Assembly: GCA_965223905.1 (NCBI GenBank)
Contig: CBDCXV010000011.1
Span: 864,001 to 928,000, forward strand
Direction: 5' to 3'
Source: Candidatus Latescibacterota bacterium
Lineage (GTDB): Bacteria > Latescibacterota > UBA2968 > UBA8231
DNA: 64,000 nucleotides
The notes beneath the pieces are model-generated. The model saw nothing but the letters and a program-made list of their open reading frames with translations, was not told the origin of the DNA and ran no database searches. Shown here piece after piece: positions 47,959 through 56,658 of this stretch. The translations under genes and the position numbers were made by a program. The first letter of the stretch is position 1; each line of letters begins with the position of its first letter.

Positions 47959-49597
47959 CGGCCCCGGCTCCCACCCGGATTTCGTAAAGGTAGAGCCCCG
48001 GATTCACGATCCGTCCATCCCGGTCGCGTCCGTCCCACTCAAAGTGATAGGCGCGGGCGCTCCCTTCCTGGCCCAAATGCCGCACCCGCTCGCCATCGAG
48101 GGTAAAGAGCCGCAGCACGACCCCTGTAACCTCCCGGATATTACCCACCACAAAGCGAAAATCCATGGTTTCTCGTTCCAGAGGAGAAAAAGGCCTCGGC
48201 TCGACCTTTACTTCGCTCAGCAGGCTAGGCGGTTCCCCCACAGCCAGGACGACCGAAGCCGCACCGGGTGCTTCCCGGCTGTTTTGCCAGTTCACGTACC
48301 CGTCCTGTCCCTCCTGTTCGCGGCAGCCTACCTGTAGTTCCACCCGGGTCCGATCTTGTAAAAACAGCGCCCTGCCGAAAATTTCCAGCCTGCCCGAATC
48401 CACGATGCGCTCGGCGGCGGCCAATTCGAAGAAGGTGCGCTCCTCGGTGGGGATACTGCGCCAGCGAAAACCCTGTTCCAGATTCTCGTCGTAGACCAGA
48501 ATCCTGCCGTTGTAGCGCAATTCGTCGACGGTCAGGGCTATGCCCTCCAGCCGCATCAGGTCAATGCCGTAATTCCCAGGTTCAAGTTCGAGCGCAGCCG
48601 TGTAAGTCAGGGTTGTCGGCTCCCCTTTTTGCGCTGTTTCCGGCGCCACTTCCCCCAGGATCTGCCGGGCTACCAGCACGGGATCGTAGTCCACCTCCAG
48701 GCGCTGGAGGAACGGCGTGTTGAAGGGCGCCCCGGTCTGCAATATTGCCTGGTACTGAAAGCGCCGGACCGGCTCGGCTCCGGCAAAGAGCTGCTCCCCC
48801 TCTCTATAGCTTTCCAGTTCCTCCCACTCCGGCAGATCGCGCTCTTCCTCCGCGCCCCGGAACTGCATTTGCACCTGGGTCTGAGGAGGGGTCTGGACCT
48901 GCCAGCGGATCCGCCCCGGGTTCACCGACTCGGGGCTGGTCCATGCGCCCGCGATCCGCCCTTTCTCGGCAAATCCCGTCCCGAACACCTCGATCTCCCC
49001 CAGGGCCACCCAGTTGCTGCGATCCTGGCGAATCAAGGTCAGGCGCACAAACCGTCCCAGCCGCGAAAGGGATTTACCTGTTGCGTCCAGGACCGACCAG
49101 GTCGAGTCGGCGCGGGTGTCTATATCCAGTAGGAAATTCTCCGCCTGTTCGGCAAGGAGCCGCCAGGTGTTTGGACTGTTCTGGGTCGCCGTCTCGATCC
49201 GGTAGCCGCGCACAAAGTACTCGGTCTGCAGTTGCGCCGACTCCCCGGCCAGAATCCGCACCCGGGTGATGGCTCTGTCCAGGCCCAGGTCCACAGTGAA
49301 GTTTCGCCCGAACACGTGGGGTGTGCCCGAAAGCCACTCGCTCCGTCCTATTTCGATGCTGCCGTCGGTCAACGGCACCTCCCTGTCCAACTCATTCACT
49401 GTCAAACGTCCCAGCGCCAGATTTTGGTCCCCGTCCAGGAAATTTAGGATCACCAGACTATCGGGATGCACCTGCACGTTCTCCAGATCGGCCAGTCCAA
49501 AGTCCTCTACCTTCCCGGCGGTCCAGCGGCGCAATTCTCCTTCAACGGGACTCCATTTCCCCCCCAGAATCATCAGACAGAGACCGATCAAGAGCAC
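47918..49597 (-). CDS. Secreted protein with a discoidin-like region and a C-terminal FlgD-Ig (T9SS-CTD-like) domain
   Basis: FTVDLG..RFVRL..LGEIEVFG; PRPFSP...LFTLDGERVR..WDGRDRDGRIVNPGLYLYEI. Confidence 0.75.
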   Translation of the reverse strand: MLLIGLCLMILGGKWSPVEGELRRWTAGKVEDFGLADLENVQVHPDSLVILNFLDGDQNLALGRLTVNELDREVPLTDGSIEIGRSEWLSGTPHVFGRNFTVDLGLDRAITRVRILAGESAQLQTEYFVRGYRIETATQNSPNTWRLLAEQAENFLLDIDTRADSTWSVLDATGKSLSRLGRFVRLTLIRQDRSNWVALGEIEVFGTGFAEKGRIAGAWTSPESVNPGRIRWQVQTPPQTQVQMQFRGAEEERDLPEWEELESYREGEQLFAGAEPVRRFQYQAILQTGAPFNTPFLQRLEVDYDPVLVARQILGEVAPETAQKGEPTTLTYTAALELEPGNYGIDLMRLEGIALTVDELRYNGRILVYDENLEQGFRWRSIPTEERTFFELAAAERIVDSGRLEIFGRALFLQDRTRVELQVGCREQEGQDGYVNWQNSREAPGAASVVLAVGEPPSLLSEVKVEPRPFSPLERETMDFRFVVGNIREVTGVVLRLFTLDGERVRHLGQEGSARAYHFEWDGRDRDGRIVNPGLYLYEIRVGAGADATSRTGTLVVAY

Positions 49598-49598
49598 C

Positions 49599-50261
49599 TT
49601 AAAACAGGATCTTCTGGGTCAGGTAGGTAACCACGGCTACGGCCATGGCCTCTTCCAGTTCTTTGGAGTTGAAAATCATCTCCATGCCCACCTGCAGCGG
49701 TTGCCTTTTCAAGCTCTTGCCACTTTTGAGGTCCTTGATTTCAACCTCTACCTCTATTTTGTTGGTCTTGCGCGAAAACTTCTTCTCGACCCTCTGACTT
49801 CGGAGAAGGGCCTTGCCGGTGATTTCCAGCTGCGCCTCTGCGGACCCGGCCAGGACCAGTTCAAATGGATTGTCGACCAGTCGCACATCCTCCAGGTCCT
49901 CTACCTTGTCCAACGCCACCAAGACCCGCACCTGCTCGCGGCGCAATTCGCGCAATACCGATCCGGACAGATCTTCGATGCGCGAGGGGCGGGAGATCGT
50001 GACCAGCTCGTTGCCCACCTGGGCCAGGGTATTGGTAACAGCCGTACCCGCGTTGGGATCGCCGCCCCCTATCGACGCCCGCGGATCAATGACGCTGGCC
50101 TTGCTCTCTACCTGGAACTCCTTGATGTAGATCTTGATGGGCTCTTTCGGGGGGTTGGCGAGGCTGGTACCCTTCAGCATTTCGTACTTCAGGCCCCCAC
50201 AACCGCCTAGGACGAGCCCTGCCAGCAGCCCCAGCCCCAGGCTCTTCAGCGCCCTTTCCAT
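49599..50261 (-). CDS. Uncharacterised lipoprotein
   Basis: Lipobox VLGG-C; tightly coupled to both neighbours. Confidence 0.75.
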   Translation of the reverse strand: MERALKSLGLGLLAGLVLGGCGGLKYEMLKGTSLANPPKEPIKIYIKEFQVESKASVIDPRASIGGGDPNAGTAVTNTLAQVGNELVTISRPSRIEDLSGSVLRELRREQVRVLVALDKVEDLEDVRLVDNPFELVLAGSAEAQLEITGKALLRSQRVEKKFSRKTNKIEVEVEIKDLKSGKSLKRQPLQVGMEMIFNSKELEEAMAVAVVTYLTQKILF

Positions 50262-51059
50262 CTACTCTTTCTCCATTGGCTTCACACCTTGGACCACATT
50301 GAAGTGGAAGGCCAGATCGGTCCATTCCACGGGATTGCCATACCCCACCTCATACCGGTCGAAGGCCAGGATGAAGTTGTTGATCTCCAGGGTAAAGGAC
50401 TTGCTCTCCGGCGGCAGCGGCGGAAAGGTCAGCTTGCCGGAGTACTTGGAGCCCTTGCGCACTGGTTTTTCCCGGAGGTATTCGCTCTTGCGCCAGATAT
50501 CGTTTCTGTCGTATTGAGCGTGGTAGTTGACCGCGCCGGCGTGGCTGCCCCACTTCAGGTAGCTGTAGTCGAAAAAATGGGGATAATCCTGCCATAACCC
50601 CTCGTTTCCCGGCCCCTTTCCCCCGGAACTGGGGACCGAACCTGTTTTTTGTCGGCAGTAGTAGAAGTTGCCATTGTCCAGGCGCAGAATCGCCTGGGTC
50701 GGATCCAGTTCAACCCGCTCCCGGGTGCGATTGATCAGGGTTATATCAAAAACCGTCCACAGCGGCGGGGCGTAGCCCAACTCGGGGTGGGTCCAGCCGG
50801 TCAGGGTATAGGGGCTGTAGCGCGGATCGTACTCGGCGTCCAGCATCTCGTCGTTGTAAAACTTGACCTTGACCTGTACTCCTTCCAGGCTCCACACCAG
50901 CGAACTGTCGACTGGATCGACATAGTAGGCATCAGACTCGGACAGAACCGGATCAGCCTCGACGTAGTACTGCAAACCGGGCGGAAAGGTCAGACTGCAT
51001 CCCCCCAGCCACAGCAGCGAGACGACGCATCCGAGCATCGATGTTCTGGTCCATTCCAT
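50262..51059 (-). CDS. Uncharacterised lipoprotein (paralogue of 37132..37905)
   Basis: ATG at 51059; lipobox WLGG-C; GYAPPLWTVFDITLINRT..VELDP. Confidence 0.75.
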   Translation of the reverse strand: MEWTRTSMLGCVVSLLWLGGCSLTFPPGLQYYVEADPVLSESDAYYVDPVDSSLVWSLEGVQVKVKFYNDEMLDAEYDPRYSPYTLTGWTHPELGYAPPLWTVFDITLINRTRERVELDPTQAILRLDNGNFYYCRQKTGSVPSSGGKGPGNEGLWQDYPHFFDYSYLKWGSHAGAVNYHAQYDRNDIWRKSEYLREKPVRKGSKYSGKLTFPPLPPESKSFTLEINNFILAFDRYEVGYGNPVEWTDLAFHFNVVQGVKPMEKE

Positions 51060-51066
51060 ACGCTTT

Positions 51067-54006
51067 TCAAAAAGGAGAGATGATTTCCACGAAAAGGACA
51101 TTCTGTTCCAGGTTCCGCTCTTCAAAGAGAGTGTAGTCCCGCCGGGTGCGCTGATAACCCATGAAAATGGTGGAAGCGCCCACCCCGAAGTAATCGGAGG
51201 TGATCCGCAACATGGCGGTATAGTCTCTCTGGCCGAAGGTGCGGTCTTTTTCGACGCGATCGTGGCGCTTGTAGGGCACTCCGGGAAAGCCCTGGGCCCC
51301 AACCAGGAAGTGGGTATTGCCGGTCAGTTTGTACTCCGCCATCACAATCGGAATGTACTCGGACGAGGAGAGTCGGGCATCCTCCTCGGTGTCCACGTCC
51401 TCGTACAACAGGCGGTGCTTGAATTTGGGACGCACCGTCAGGGCGCCCCTGATCCAGGTGTACTCGATTTTGTTGATCAGGGTGAAGCGCGTGCGGATAT
51501 CGTCTGGCTGCAGCAGGCCGCTGCCGTCTTCCAAGGCGATTTCGGCCTGGCTGTTGCGCACCCACAGCAGCGAATTGTTCAGATTTACATTGCGAAAACC
51601 CAGGTACTGCAAATCTACGTAGAAGGTGTTGACCCAGCTGTCGCGCATCAACAGGGGATCCGGAGTGGCAGGCCGGAAAAATCCGGGGTGCTCCGGCGGG
51701 CCATCCGGCTTGTTCAGCCAAGGTATGATATCCGCGTCGTCGGGCGGCAGGTGGAAGATATAGTTGTGGTCGGCGATATCGTCTTCGACTTTCTTCACAT
51801 CGTAGTTGATCTGCAACTCCCCCACCCCTCGCTGCTGAATTTCATAGGCATAGCGCAGGTATACGGCTTCGGCTTTGCCGCCGGCGGCGATTTCGCGGTT
51901 GGTGTACGCGCCCGCGGAAAGATTCGTCCCCAGGCCACCCAGACGGGAAACAGACAGAAAGAAGTGGCGCCCTTTCTGGTCGCGTCGATAGGGATAATCC
52001 GCCAGGTCGTCGTTTTCGCGGAAGTCCGGCAACCCATTGTTGTTGAAGTCGATGCCGTAGACAAACTCCGGGGGGTCGGCTGCGAACATCAAAAAGGGCT
52101 CTTCCCAATCCAGTTTGAAGTTCTCGTTCCGGTCCAGATCCGGAATGTTATCGAAGTTTGCGTCCAGTCCCGGGTACACGCTGGAGTTGCTCCAACCCGG
52201 GTACAAAACCCCTGAAGTGGGCACCTCGCTCAGGTCATCGTCCGGCCACTGATCATCGTCGTCGTTATCTTCCACCAAGTAGTATTCCTGGGTGCGCGAC
52301 TCCACCCGCTGCCCCGGGACAGGCTGCCGGTCTACGTGGAAGGCCATACCGCCACGGCGGCTGTCGTATCCGCCGCTGAAATCGGGCTCAAGGCGGAAAA
52401 TTTCGCCGCCGAGGTGAACACCCCAGAATAGTTCTTTGAGGCCTTTGAGCCAATAAGCCCAGGCTCTCTGGGTGCTGCGCTGGCCCTCGTTGTCGCCCAC
52501 TGGGAACATGTAGTTTTGCAGGTTGTGCGCCACCTCGCCTTCCAGACCTACGCCCACCAGATCGGCCTTCCAGTTGACCGAAGCCAGACTCTGTCCAGTG
52601 GGCATGCCGTAGTCGAAGGAAACCACGCGGCGGTTTCCCCCGGTAGCGGACCGCCCCTCTGATCTGAGGACGGTGTAATAAGGCTCTTCGGCTTCCCTGT
52701 CGATGTCCCACTTGAACGGGCGCTTGGTTCCCGCTTCGGTGCCCACAAAAGAGGCCGGCCACTCCCATTCCTCGGGCGCAATATTGCCGTTCCGATCAAT
52801 CTTGGGAAAATCGTGCTTCTGGCGCACCCCGATGCGGTAGTCGTCGGCCACCTCGGCGGTGAACCGGGCCGAGCGCACGGTGACATCGTCGGGCAGGCCG
52901 AACTCGTAGATCACGGTCTCCTTGCCCATGGCCTCGCGGCTCCCGTCGGCCTGCGACACCCCCCCCGCGACCACGGGCCGCAGCGAGGCATCGAAGTCGG
53001 GATCATCGGGGTCGCTGCTGAGCCGCACAGGCTCCCCGTCCCGTTCGCCCTCGACCACGATATCCAGGCCGTAGACCTTGCCGTTGAACTGTTCCTCCAG
53101 GGGAGAATCGTCGCCGATAAAGACCCGGATGACTCCGGGACCCAGCATAGCGTAGGGCAGGTCGCCCTTGAGGGCGCTGCTGTGGGGAGAAGACGGAAAA
53201 GACATGAGCTGGTTGAGGAAGGTGGAGCCCATACTGGCGTAGTCGCCTACTTGGTGCTGCCAGTGGAGGCCATAGACCAACACGGGTGCCAGATTGAAAG
53301 TCTCCCCCTGTGGTATGCCCCAGAAGGAAAACATCCCGTTCCGCCCACCGCGGCTATAGAACACGGTGGCGCGGTCCCGCCCGTTACCCGCGTCGAGATC
53401 CAGGCGGGCAATCCGCATGTGCCCCTGAGCCAGGGTCAGGGGCGTGAGGTAGGTGCGCACGTCCCGGCCGACCGTGGCGGACCAGTGCAGCCCCTTGTAG
53501 CTGTAGTGACCCAAGTGAAGGCTGCCCCCTCTCGGCGAGCCCCATCCCGCCCCCGATTTGTGGTCGATGAAACTGTACCCGGAATTATCCTTGCCGCTGC
53601 GCGCCTCCACGATTGAAAAAGACCGCTGGTAGTGCGGCCCCATGTAGTTGCCCAGACGGTCCCAGCGTATGTTTCTGTGCCACCAGGGCCGACCGGTATC
53701 CACGCCCCAGGGTATAGTTTCGCGCTGCCAGAGGATGTACCTTTCCTCGGCGTGATTCTGGTAGGGGACGTTGTCTCCAGTGACTAGAAAGAGCCGGTTT
53801 GGCCCTCGGCCGTAGCGGTCGAGCGGACCCCTGATGAAGGGGGGTCGCTGCTGCCACTCTGGCACCAGCCCGTAGGAAGGGTGGGGGCCGGCCGATTCTG
53901 GATGGCGCTGTGCCTCTACCCGGACGATAAGGCCGGCGCAGAGCAAGCAGAGGAGCAACGGCCATGCCCCGGGGCTATGACCTTTGCTTTTGGGCAGGTA
54001 GGACAT
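51067..54006 (-). CDS. Uncharacterised large exported protein, putative outer-membrane protein (paralogue A)
   Basis: Signal peptide ending VEA-Q; shares PPEF[VI]YG[IL]DFNNNG..DFREND...DYPYRRD with 44093..47002; terminal LFVEIISPF. Confidence 0.7.
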   Translation of the reverse strand: MSYLPKSKGHSPGAWPLLLCLLCAGLIVRVEAQRHPESAGPHPSYGLVPEWQQRPPFIRGPLDRYGRGPNRLFLVTGDNVPYQNHAEERYILWQRETIPWGVDTGRPWWHRNIRWDRLGNYMGPHYQRSFSIVEARSGKDNSGYSFIDHKSGAGWGSPRGGSLHLGHYSYKGLHWSATVGRDVRTYLTPLTLAQGHMRIARLDLDAGNGRDRATVFYSRGGRNGMFSFWGIPQGETFNLAPVLVYGLHWQHQVGDYASMGSTFLNQLMSFPSSPHSSALKGDLPYAMLGPGVIRVFIGDDSPLEEQFNGKVYGLDIVVEGERDGEPVRLSSDPDDPDFDASLRPVVAGGVSQADGSREAMGKETVIYEFGLPDDVTVRSARFTAEVADDYRIGVRQKHDFPKIDRNGNIAPEEWEWPASFVGTEAGTKRPFKWDIDREAEEPYYTVLRSEGRSATGGNRRVVSFDYGMPTGQSLASVNWKADLVGVGLEGEVAHNLQNYMFPVGDNEGQRSTQRAWAYWLKGLKELFWGVHLGGEIFRLEPDFSGGYDSRRGGMAFHVDRQPVPGQRVESRTQEYYLVEDNDDDDQWPDDDLSEVPTSGVLYPGWSNSSVYPGLDANFDNIPDLDRNENFKLDWEEPFLMFAADPPEFVYGIDFNNNGLPDFRENDDLADYPYRRDQKGRHFFLSVSRLGGLGTNLSAGAYTNREIAAGGKAEAVYLRYAYEIQQRGVGELQINYDVKKVEDDIADHNYIFHLPPDDADIIPWLNKPDGPPEHPGFFRPATPDPLLMRDSWVNTFYVDLQYLGFRNVNLNNSLLWVRNSQAEIALEDGSGLLQPDDIRTRFTLINKIEYTWIRGALTVRPKFKHRLLYEDVDTEEDARLSSSEYIPIVMAEYKLTGNTHFLVGAQGFPGVPYKRHDRVEKDRTFGQRDYTAMLRITSDYFGVGASTIFMGYQRTRRDYTLFEERNLEQNVLFVEIISPF

Positions 54007-54055
54007 CCTGACTCCCTCGTTTCCCACAATCCGACAGGGTACTTTAAGCATAAAA

Positions 54056-54086
54056 TTGGGGGACGGGCGCAGTGCCCGCCCCCCAA
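54056..54086 (-). terminator. Intrinsic terminator-like hairpin after the CBM9-like gene
   Basis: Minus strand TTGGGGGGCGGGC-ACTGC-GCCCGTCCCCCAA (13-bp stem with one G-U pair), followed by TTTTA. Confidence 0.6.
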
Positions 54087-54138
54087 AAGAGTCGAGATAC
54101 TTCAACCAGGTTGTACTTTAGGGAAACACCCTCTTTTC

Positions 54139-55086
54139 CTACTGGTTAAAAGTAGACTTGATCCGACCCCAGGAGTCCTTTTCGACCGCCGTCGCCGAAC
54201 CGGCCGGCGTGTCGGTAAAGACGATGGTCGTGTAATAGGACTGGTCGCCACCCGGAGCGCCATAGCACACCAGCTGACCGCCGTATCCATCGTTGTTGTC
54301 CGGATCGAGGATGAGCCAGTGGAGACCCATTTCCGTACCCGCCTCGGGAATGGCCGGCAGGTCGAATCTCAGCAGGGTCTCCCAGGCGACCTTGCCCTCA
54401 ATGACGTAGTCGGCCTCGCCGCCGAACTCGTCTCCGGCATCCCGGAAGCTGTATTCAAAGCCCTCTACCAGGTCGGGATCATGAGTTTGAGTGCGCAACC
54501 CTTCGACCAGGTATTCCCAGGTGATGTTCACCGCGCTGGCATCCATGGGAGCAGCCACGAAATTGATGATGTTCATGGTCGTGTGCTGGCCATCCGGACC
54601 ATAGGGCGCCTTGGAATTGGTCAGGTCCAGGTAGATGCAGGTGCTGTCGCGCTCCCACCAGCAGAATGGATTTCCTTCGTTTTCTACATCGCGGACATTG
54701 TCGCGCACGTGCGCAATGTACCACCACGCATCCTCGTCCCAGGCGTGCCAGCTGTTACTCCAGGAATCGGCATCCGTGCGGGCTACGCTGGCCTCTTCGC
54801 CTTCGCTCTGGTTGAGCTGGTTGCCGCTTACCAGGCTGATGCCGTTTTCCTGGTCGGCCCAGCCGAACTCGGCTCCTTCCGCATTAATCGAGGAGGGCGA
54901 GCAGGGAAGCTCCAGGGAACCGGCCCATTCTTCATCGCCCCTTACGCCATCCAGGGTGGGTGGGCTGGTGAATTGAGGCAACTCGAAAACGCGAATCAGA
55001 CTCGGATCGGCATTCTGTGCTTCGCCCGTGGTCGGAATGCCCAGGAGCGCTACGAGCGGCAGGAGCAGGAAGAGTGCTGTCTTCAT
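54139..55086 (-). CDS. Secreted CBM9/DOMON-like protein with a TAVEKDSWGRIK tail
   Basis: Signal peptide; PPTLDG...EW, AWDEDAWWYIAHVRD, WWERDST, YVIEGKVAW, ILDPD. Confidence 0.75.
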   Translation of the reverse strand: MKTALFLLLPLVALLGIPTTGEAQNADPSLIRVFELPQFTSPPTLDGVRGDEEWAGSLELPCSPSSINAEGAEFGWADQENGISLVSGNQLNQSEGEEASVARTDADSWSNSWHAWDEDAWWYIAHVRDNVRDVENEGNPFCWWERDSTCIYLDLTNSKAPYGPDGQHTTMNIINFVAAPMDASAVNITWEYLVEGLRTQTHDPDLVEGFEYSFRDAGDEFGGEADYVIEGKVAWETLLRFDLPAIPEAGTEMGLHWLILDPDNNDGYGGQLVCYGAPGGDQSYYTTIVFTDTPAGSATAVEKDSWGRIKSTFNQ

Positions 55087-55219
55087 TGTTTCCTCCATGA
55101 AGGAATGGCTTCGGGTTTGTTATTCGGAAAGGGAATGCGCCGCGATCTCTTCTGACAATGCCTCCTTTCTTCATAAATATGAGCTAACATGAACTCTACG
55201 ATTGGCGGGATCAATGGGC

Positions 55220-55248
55220 AATTTGTCATAAAATAGAATAGATGTCAA
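55220..55248 (-). promoter_or_regulatory. Candidate sigma70 promoter for the envelope operon
   Basis: Minus strand TTGACA-N17-CAAATT with TG at the extended -10 position and a T-rich tract upstream. Confidence 0.5.
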
Positions 55249-55483
55249 GAAAAAAATAGACTTGATCCTCTTTGCTTCTTTCGCCTAGTTTCACCAAGGA
55301 AGTCGAACCCACAAACTAGATGGCGGCCCTGTAAGTCTCTATTTTTCGGCAGATCTTTTTCTGGTAATGCGCTGTTTATTCGGAAGTTACGGCACAATTC
55401 CTGATCGATGTTGGCCAGAAAATAGCGACGCAGAATGGCCAAACTGGTAAACAAATGAGCACACTGTCCACTAATTGACAAAG

Positions 55484-56524
55484 ATGAAAATATCAATCTT
55501 CACCAGCCTGACGTCCATCTTCTGTGCCGCATTTTGTCCGGCTTTTCCCCAGCCGCAAATCCACACCATTGGACTCGCTATTACGGATTTGGTGGAACAG
55601 GAAGCCCTTCCCGCCCACTTGCGGCGTCAGCACCCTTTATTGATGGAGGCATTGCACCGGCAGATGGCGACCCTCTTCGAGGATCTGGGCCGTTTTCAGA
55701 CCTTCGATTGGCGGGTGAGCTCCGATCGGGACAGGTACCTTTATTACGGGAAAGAATCCGTCGATTTTGTGGCGCACGTAATCGTTCACAGACTTTACAG
55801 AGTCTATAGCAATAAGATCGTGTACGCCGGTCCCTTCGAAGCCCCGACCAACTTGAGCTTCCCCTCAGCCGAGACGCAGAATGTCGAAGTGCTGTCCTTT
55901 CCGCTGGTATCTGGACGGATTGAAATAAAGCTGGTGGATCCACTAAAAGACAAGATATTCTGGTCGGCGCAACGCGACAGCAGCAGCATCGTTCCACACG
56001 ATGAGTTCCGCTTTATATACAATCCCAGCAAGTATCCCGGGGTGACTTCCCCCACCCTGATCCAAGCCTATCTGGCCGATATTCTGCGTCTGCAGCATTC
56101 CAACCCCGTAGTAGAACGCGCCCTGTATGCATCGGATCGCTGGTACATCTCCGAACCCGAGGACGATGTGGAGACCGCCCGCGGGGTGCTGGCCGATCTG
56201 GTCCGGTCTTTTTACCCTGAACTCGATGGCAACCTGCCCCTCGAAGGCCGCATCGAAGCCCTTTTAACAAAAAAGAAAAAAGGCAAACCGACCTACTTAC
56301 TCAACATCGGTTCCAAGCATGGATTGGTGCCGCGCCTGCGCTTGGACGTGTGGCGCGACACCCCTAACGAAGAGAAGATAGGCCAGATCGAGATAGTCCA
56401 GTTGAACCCCACCAGCGCTATCGCCAAACTCCGCAAACTTGAGAAGAAGATCCGCAAGCGCGGTGAGACCCTGCAGCCGGGCGACCGGGTCATCTCCCGC
56501 AGGCGCGATTCCACCCGCAGGTAG
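55484..56524 (+). CDS. Exported protein with a FlgT-C-like terminal domain
   Basis: Signal-like N-terminus; LNIGSKHGL...EKIGQIEIV....SAIAK...LQPGDRV. Confidence 0.6.
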   Translation: MKISIFTSLTSIFCAAFCPAFPQPQIHTIGLAITDLVEQEALPAHLRRQHPLLMEALHRQMATLFEDLGRFQTFDWRVSSDRDRYLYYGKESVDFVAHVIVHRLYRVYSNKIVYAGPFEAPTNLSFPSAETQNVEVLSFPLVSGRIEIKLVDPLKDKIFWSAQRDSSSIVPHDEFRFIYNPSKYPGVTSPTLIQAYLADILRLQHSNPVVERALYASDRWYISEPEDDVETARGVLADLVRSFYPELDGNLPLEGRIEALLTKKKKGKPTYLLNIGSKHGLVPRLRLDVWRDTPNEEKIGQIEIVQLNPTSAIAKLRKLEKKIRKRGETLQPGDRVISRRRDSTRR

Positions 56525-56658
56525 GGCCTGGACCCGTTGTTATGTATCTAGTTGCGATTATTTTTATAGATGTATTAGGTTGTATTAAATTGATGGGTCG
56601 AGAATATATGAGATTGTGAGATTGCGGCGCATTATTCCAACACCCGAGAAAGTGAACC

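Noticed and set aside
35412-55086. Calling the operon a canonical T9SS, Tol-Pal or SusCD-type locus
   Set aside because: No recognisable SprA/GldKLMN, TolA/TolB/Pal or SusC/SusD motifs in the window.
55388-55408. GGCAC-containing possible sigma54 promoter
   Set aside because: The -12 element reads CTGAT rather than TTGC.
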